A DNA stretch of 64,000 bases. Origin: the human T2T-CHM13v2.0 reference genome, Homo sapiens. Below are positions 55,210-64,000 of the stretch, piece after piece. The notes under the pieces were generated by a model, which was not told the DNA's origin, ran no database searches, and was given only the letters and a program-made list of their open reading frames with translations. Position numbers and translations under genes: made by a program. Location of the stretch: NCBI RefSeq assembly GCF_009914755.1, contig NC_060931.1, one strand, 5' to 3'. The stretch's first letter is position 1, and the number at the start of each line of letters is the position of its first letter.

Positions 55210-55565
55210 ACCATATAAGTCAGAATGAGATAGGTTATGTTGCGGCAACAAACAACTCTCAATCTCTATGGTTTAACCTAGAAAAAGTTTATTTCTTGCT
55301 TATTTTATATGTCCAGTGTAGGTTGGCAAGGGAGTCTGCTTATTGTAGACCCTCATTGAGATGTAAGATTCATCTCAATACAAGCTTCCACGGAGCCAGA
55401 AAGATGGCAAAGTGTACATGGGCTCTTAAAGCCATATGTCTCATTTTCATTCACATTTCATTTAGACATGCCAAACTTTACAGGCTGTGGGGGGAAAGTA
55501 TAATCCTCCATTTTTCTAGGGAGAAAGAAAGCTGGAAATATTGTTGAATGGCAATAATGAGCATC
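55210..55565 (-). mobile_element. MLT1K/L-like LTR fragment
   Basis: agtcagaatgagataggttatgttgcggcaacaaacaactctcaatctc...aaagtttatttcttgc. Confidence 0.55.
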
Positions 55566-55587
55566 CAAACCATATGCTATTCTCTCT

Positions 55588-55808
55588 GAGAATTACACCA
55601 TTGGCTTCCCTGGTTCTGAGGCCTTTGGTCTTAGACTGAGCCATGCTACTGACATCTCAGGGTCTCCAACTTGCAGATGGTCTATCACGGAACTAGTTAG
55701 CCACCATAATCGTGTGAACCAATTTCCCCTAAAAAAATCCCCTCTCATGTATCTACATATATACATATCCTATTGATGCTGTCTCTCTGGAGAACCCTAA
55801 CTAATTCA
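55588..55808 (+). mobile_element. MLT2 (ERVL) LTR 3' part, probably carried within Ricksha
   Basis: gaattacaccattggcttccctggttctgaggcctttgg...tcctattgatgctgtctctctggagaaccctaactaattca. Confidence 0.8.
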
Positions 55809-55959
55809 GATTTGATATTGGGGAAGCCAAATATCACTCCTTCTTACTGTATTCCTTACAATACAATGAAAGAGATCTGCAAATTTGTTTCCTCACAAAA
55901 AGGCTGTGACAAGTTAAGTGTGTGAGGCGACTTAATAGTGAAAGATAAAAGTTTAGAAG
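55809..55959 (+). mobile_element. Ricksha (MULE/MuDR) left internal piece with the start of a FLYWCH-like relic
   Basis: From 55866 translates MKEICKFVSSQKGCDKLSV*GDLIVKDKSL; continues after the L1 at 61016. Confidence 0.65.
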
Positions 55960-61015
<5,056 letters not shown>

Positions 61016-61981
61016 AAAAGTGTAAAAGCTAGTTATTATTGGTGCTATGAAAGCAGAAAATTGCTTAATTGCAATGGCTGAGCAATAACCAGATTTTCAG
61101 ACAGCATATCCCTACAAACATTGTAGACCACAACCAGTCTCCAAATATAAGCATAGTGAGTGTTTTGAAGATCATAGAAATGAAAACAATATAAGAAATC
61201 TCCAAAAATACAAGAAATCTCCCCCACCAAATTATCCAGTCACAGGACTTCTGCCTTTCCCACACTGTGCCTATTTGCTATGCTATCTATTTGATGTGCT
61301 ATATCTTCACATCATTTCCAATATGGGATGTGTAAATTATGTAAGGACTTTTAGAGAGTTATAATTTGTTTCATGCATTTTTTTTGCAAATTTGACTCCA
61401 CAAAAGTGCAATGTTGATGTTGTGTGTATGTGGGTGTACCTAAAAATATTGAAAAACTTTCTCAGTAAAGGGAGAGACATCTTTTTCATACATCTGCTTT
61501 TGTGAAAGATAAAATTTCTTCAGGTCTCAGCTTTTTGGTGACTGCATATGCAGTGGTGACCCACTGAGGTTTTTGATCAACCTCATCAGAAGAGTTAAAT
61601 TGTCTGTCAGTATTTCAGATGGCCACATTTATAAAGCTGAGTGCAAACAGTTACCCACCATGGTGATACACATTTATACATTTTGCTTTTTGACCTATTT
61701 CTTTATGTATACATTTTGTCTGCTCATAAATGTTAAGCCATTGCAACAGTCTTTAGTATATCTGAATGTTTATGCTTGCAAAAATAAGTATTGTGTAAAG
61801 TGGCCTACGAAGTGTTCTGTCATGTTTTTATGTTTCTCAGATAAATCCCCTTTTAAGATATAAATAAATGTTTTAAAAATTATTTTTCCCAGAATTGTAT
61901 TTTCGGGGTTTTGATCTTTCAGGATTACAACATTTAGGGTTATAGCATTTGGGACTGTGTCTTTCTTAATGGCCCAAACCC
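61016..61981 (+). mobile_element. Ricksha (MULE/MuDR) right part including the terminal inverted repeat
   Basis: Ends ttttgatctttcaggattacaacatttagggttatagcatttgggactgtgtctttc...ccaaaccc, matching the recalled Ricksha terminus. Begins with the continuation of the FLYWCH-like peptide. Confidence 0.75.
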
Positions 61982-62001
61982 ATTAAGAATGATTACTTTA
62001 C

Positions 62002-62234
62002 CTGGATGCAAGAGACCTTGGAATAACAATGGTGATTCTTGTCCATTCTTCAAAGTCCCCTGTGTGATACATGGTGGGCTCACTTAGTTCTCTGGAGTTT
62101 CCTTCGCATCCTTTGCCTGCAGAAGCCGGGTAACAGCCTTCTTTCACCAGAAACCAGGACATACCAGCATCATGAGAGTACTGAAGAAGAACTGGAGCAG
62201 TACTGCTGAATTGATTGGCACAACCTATGTTTAG
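62002..62234 (-). CDS. RELN: Reelin exon 28 (233 nt, phase 0-2), repeat 3A: [77 protein letters not shown]
   Basis: Acceptor ccttttaacag|CTAAAC, donor CCAG|gtaaag. BNR motif [10 protein letters not shown]. Not in the ORF track; read by hand. Confidence 0.96.
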
Positions 62235-62687
62235 CTGTTAAAAGGAAGGACAAGAATTATACAAGATTTTGGTTCTAAGTCATCACTCAACAAATTAGAT
62301 GCTACAGCATCCAGGGTGCCTTCCAATGGGTCTGCACTGAATTTACAATGATAGGAATTGTGAGCTCAGTCCCAACCAAGACCCTTCAATAGATTCTGGA
62401 ATTCTTTGTTTAAGCAAACAATAGGTACTTTTTACTAGAAAACTGGACTCATTTTGTGGATTTCTTGGGATTATAGGAGAGAAGAGAGAAGCACAGTGTC
62501 TGTGGTTCTTGAGTCTCAGACAAAAGATATGCCAAGAAGCTGCTTTTTTCTCCCTCCTCAGAGGGTACAGACAGAGGAAACCATAAGATGGAGAAGCAGC
62601 TGTCTTCTTCAGTGCAGGAAGGTTTCAGTGGAACAAGCATCCTCCTTCTGTTTCCTTGCCAAAGCTCATTAAAGATCAGTGTCAACC

Positions 62688-63009
62688 GGCTGGGTGCGGT
62701 GGCTCATGCCTGTAATCCCAGCACTTTGGGAGGCTGAGGCGGGTGGATCATGAGGTCAGGAGTTCAAGACTAGCATGGCCAAGATGGTAAAACCCTGTCT
62801 CTACTAAAAATACAAAAATTAGCCAGCGTGGTGGCGGGCACCTGTAATCCCAGCTACTCGGGAGGCTGAGGCAGAGAATTGCTTGAACCTGGGAGGCGGA
62901 GGTTGCAGTGAGCTGAGATCACGCCATTGCACTCCAGCCTGGGTGACAGAGCCAGACTCCATCTCAACAAAAAATAAATAAATAAATAAATAAATAAAAA
63001 TAAAATAAA
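62688..63009 (+). mobile_element. Alu (S-like) with (AAAT)n tail
   Basis: TSD atcagtgtcaac at 62675-62686 and 63010-63021. Confidence 0.95.
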
Positions 63010-64000
63010 ATCAGTGTCAACTTAGATGAAACAGCTGAGTGTTTATCACAGCATCAAATAAGCAACATGATCCAGAAATGAAACTGTTACTGTTTGGTGT
63101 ACTTGTATGGAGGACTCATCATAGGATTAACAACATTTAAAAAATGGTAAAAATACAACTTAAATCCCACTGGCCTATCATAACTGTCCTTTCTTTTCTA
63201 TTTTCTCTTCTGATCCTTATAGGGAAGCTATATTTTGGTCATACAGTTGAAGTTATTACACATCTAGAGCTTTCCTCCACATTCTGTTATACATAGCGTT
63301 GCAGAGAATATACCTTTCTTCTTTGATTTGTCATCACCAGATAAATTCCTGAGAGTAGCATTAAGGAGTCAAAATGTAGAAACACTTAAAATTTTCTAGT
63401 TATCTGTGCTCATTTTGTATTGGCTGAGTCCAAATGAATCAGTTTAGGCATTGGGTATTATAGTTTAAGACAGTTTATTTCCAAATAAATGTGTAAATGA
63501 ATTTTATTACACTTTTCATAATTATAAATGTCAAACTCTTTTTCTCATGTTCATTTAATTACCTGCCATCTTATATGAATGGCTTATTCACATCTTATTT
63601 CATTTGTTGGCGGGAGCCACAAATTTTGTTGTAAAAGACTTTACTAAATAAGAATAGTCTGATTTTTAGAAGGAAAATTGAAATCAGGAATGAAAAGAAC
63701 ATGATACGACAAAAAAATAAAGGGAGAGACATGGACTAATAATATTGAGCCATAGCTCAGGAGGTCAATCAGTTAATCCTCATGACTGTAAGGCAGCTTT
63801 ATCTAGTTTTTAAAAAGAAGATTTAGTATCTTCTTTATTTCCATACTCACAGCTAGAAAGCATCTCTCAGAGAATTTATAATTTGGTTAGTAGAAATTTT
63901 ATTGTGCACAATTTATCCAAGTTTATATAGTAAAACATCAAGAATATAATTAAAAACTTAACCCTCTCAGATGCATGATTAAACTCTTCTAACACAAATT

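Overview
Human genomic DNA, most likely chr7q22, covering the middle of RELN (reelin) on the minus strand. I located 19 consecutive GT-AG coding exons between 62234 and 7738. They total 3437 nt and join into one open frame. By my recollection of the 65-exon human gene these are exons 28-46 (about c.3913-7349, aa 1305-2450). They encode reelin repeat 3 through the first half of repeat 6, with three EGF-like modules, the oligomerisation cysteine and one receptor-binding lysine. The rest is intronic and rich in interspersed repeats (Alu, L1, L2, MIR, MaLR/ERVL LTRs, MER5A, Tigger3, Ricksha). Most ORFs in the supplied track are Alu/L1 or chance ORFs. I found no evidence of a wholly new gene system. 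The most interesting unexplained structures are: (i) a RELN exon whose first bases (GTAAGA) rebuild a strong 5' splice site; (ii) an AluY with an inverted, duplicated 5' end inside an 18-bp TSD; (iii) a probable Alu-L1 chimeric retro-insertion; (iv) a nested Ricksha(MULE)/MLT2/L1/Alu array whose FLYWCH-like relic rejoins across the L1; (v) a diverged ~94-bp duplication next to the exon 46 donor; (vi) a GC-rich enhancer-like island in intron 43. Repeat subfamily names and exon numbers come from recalled consensus sequences, not from a search.
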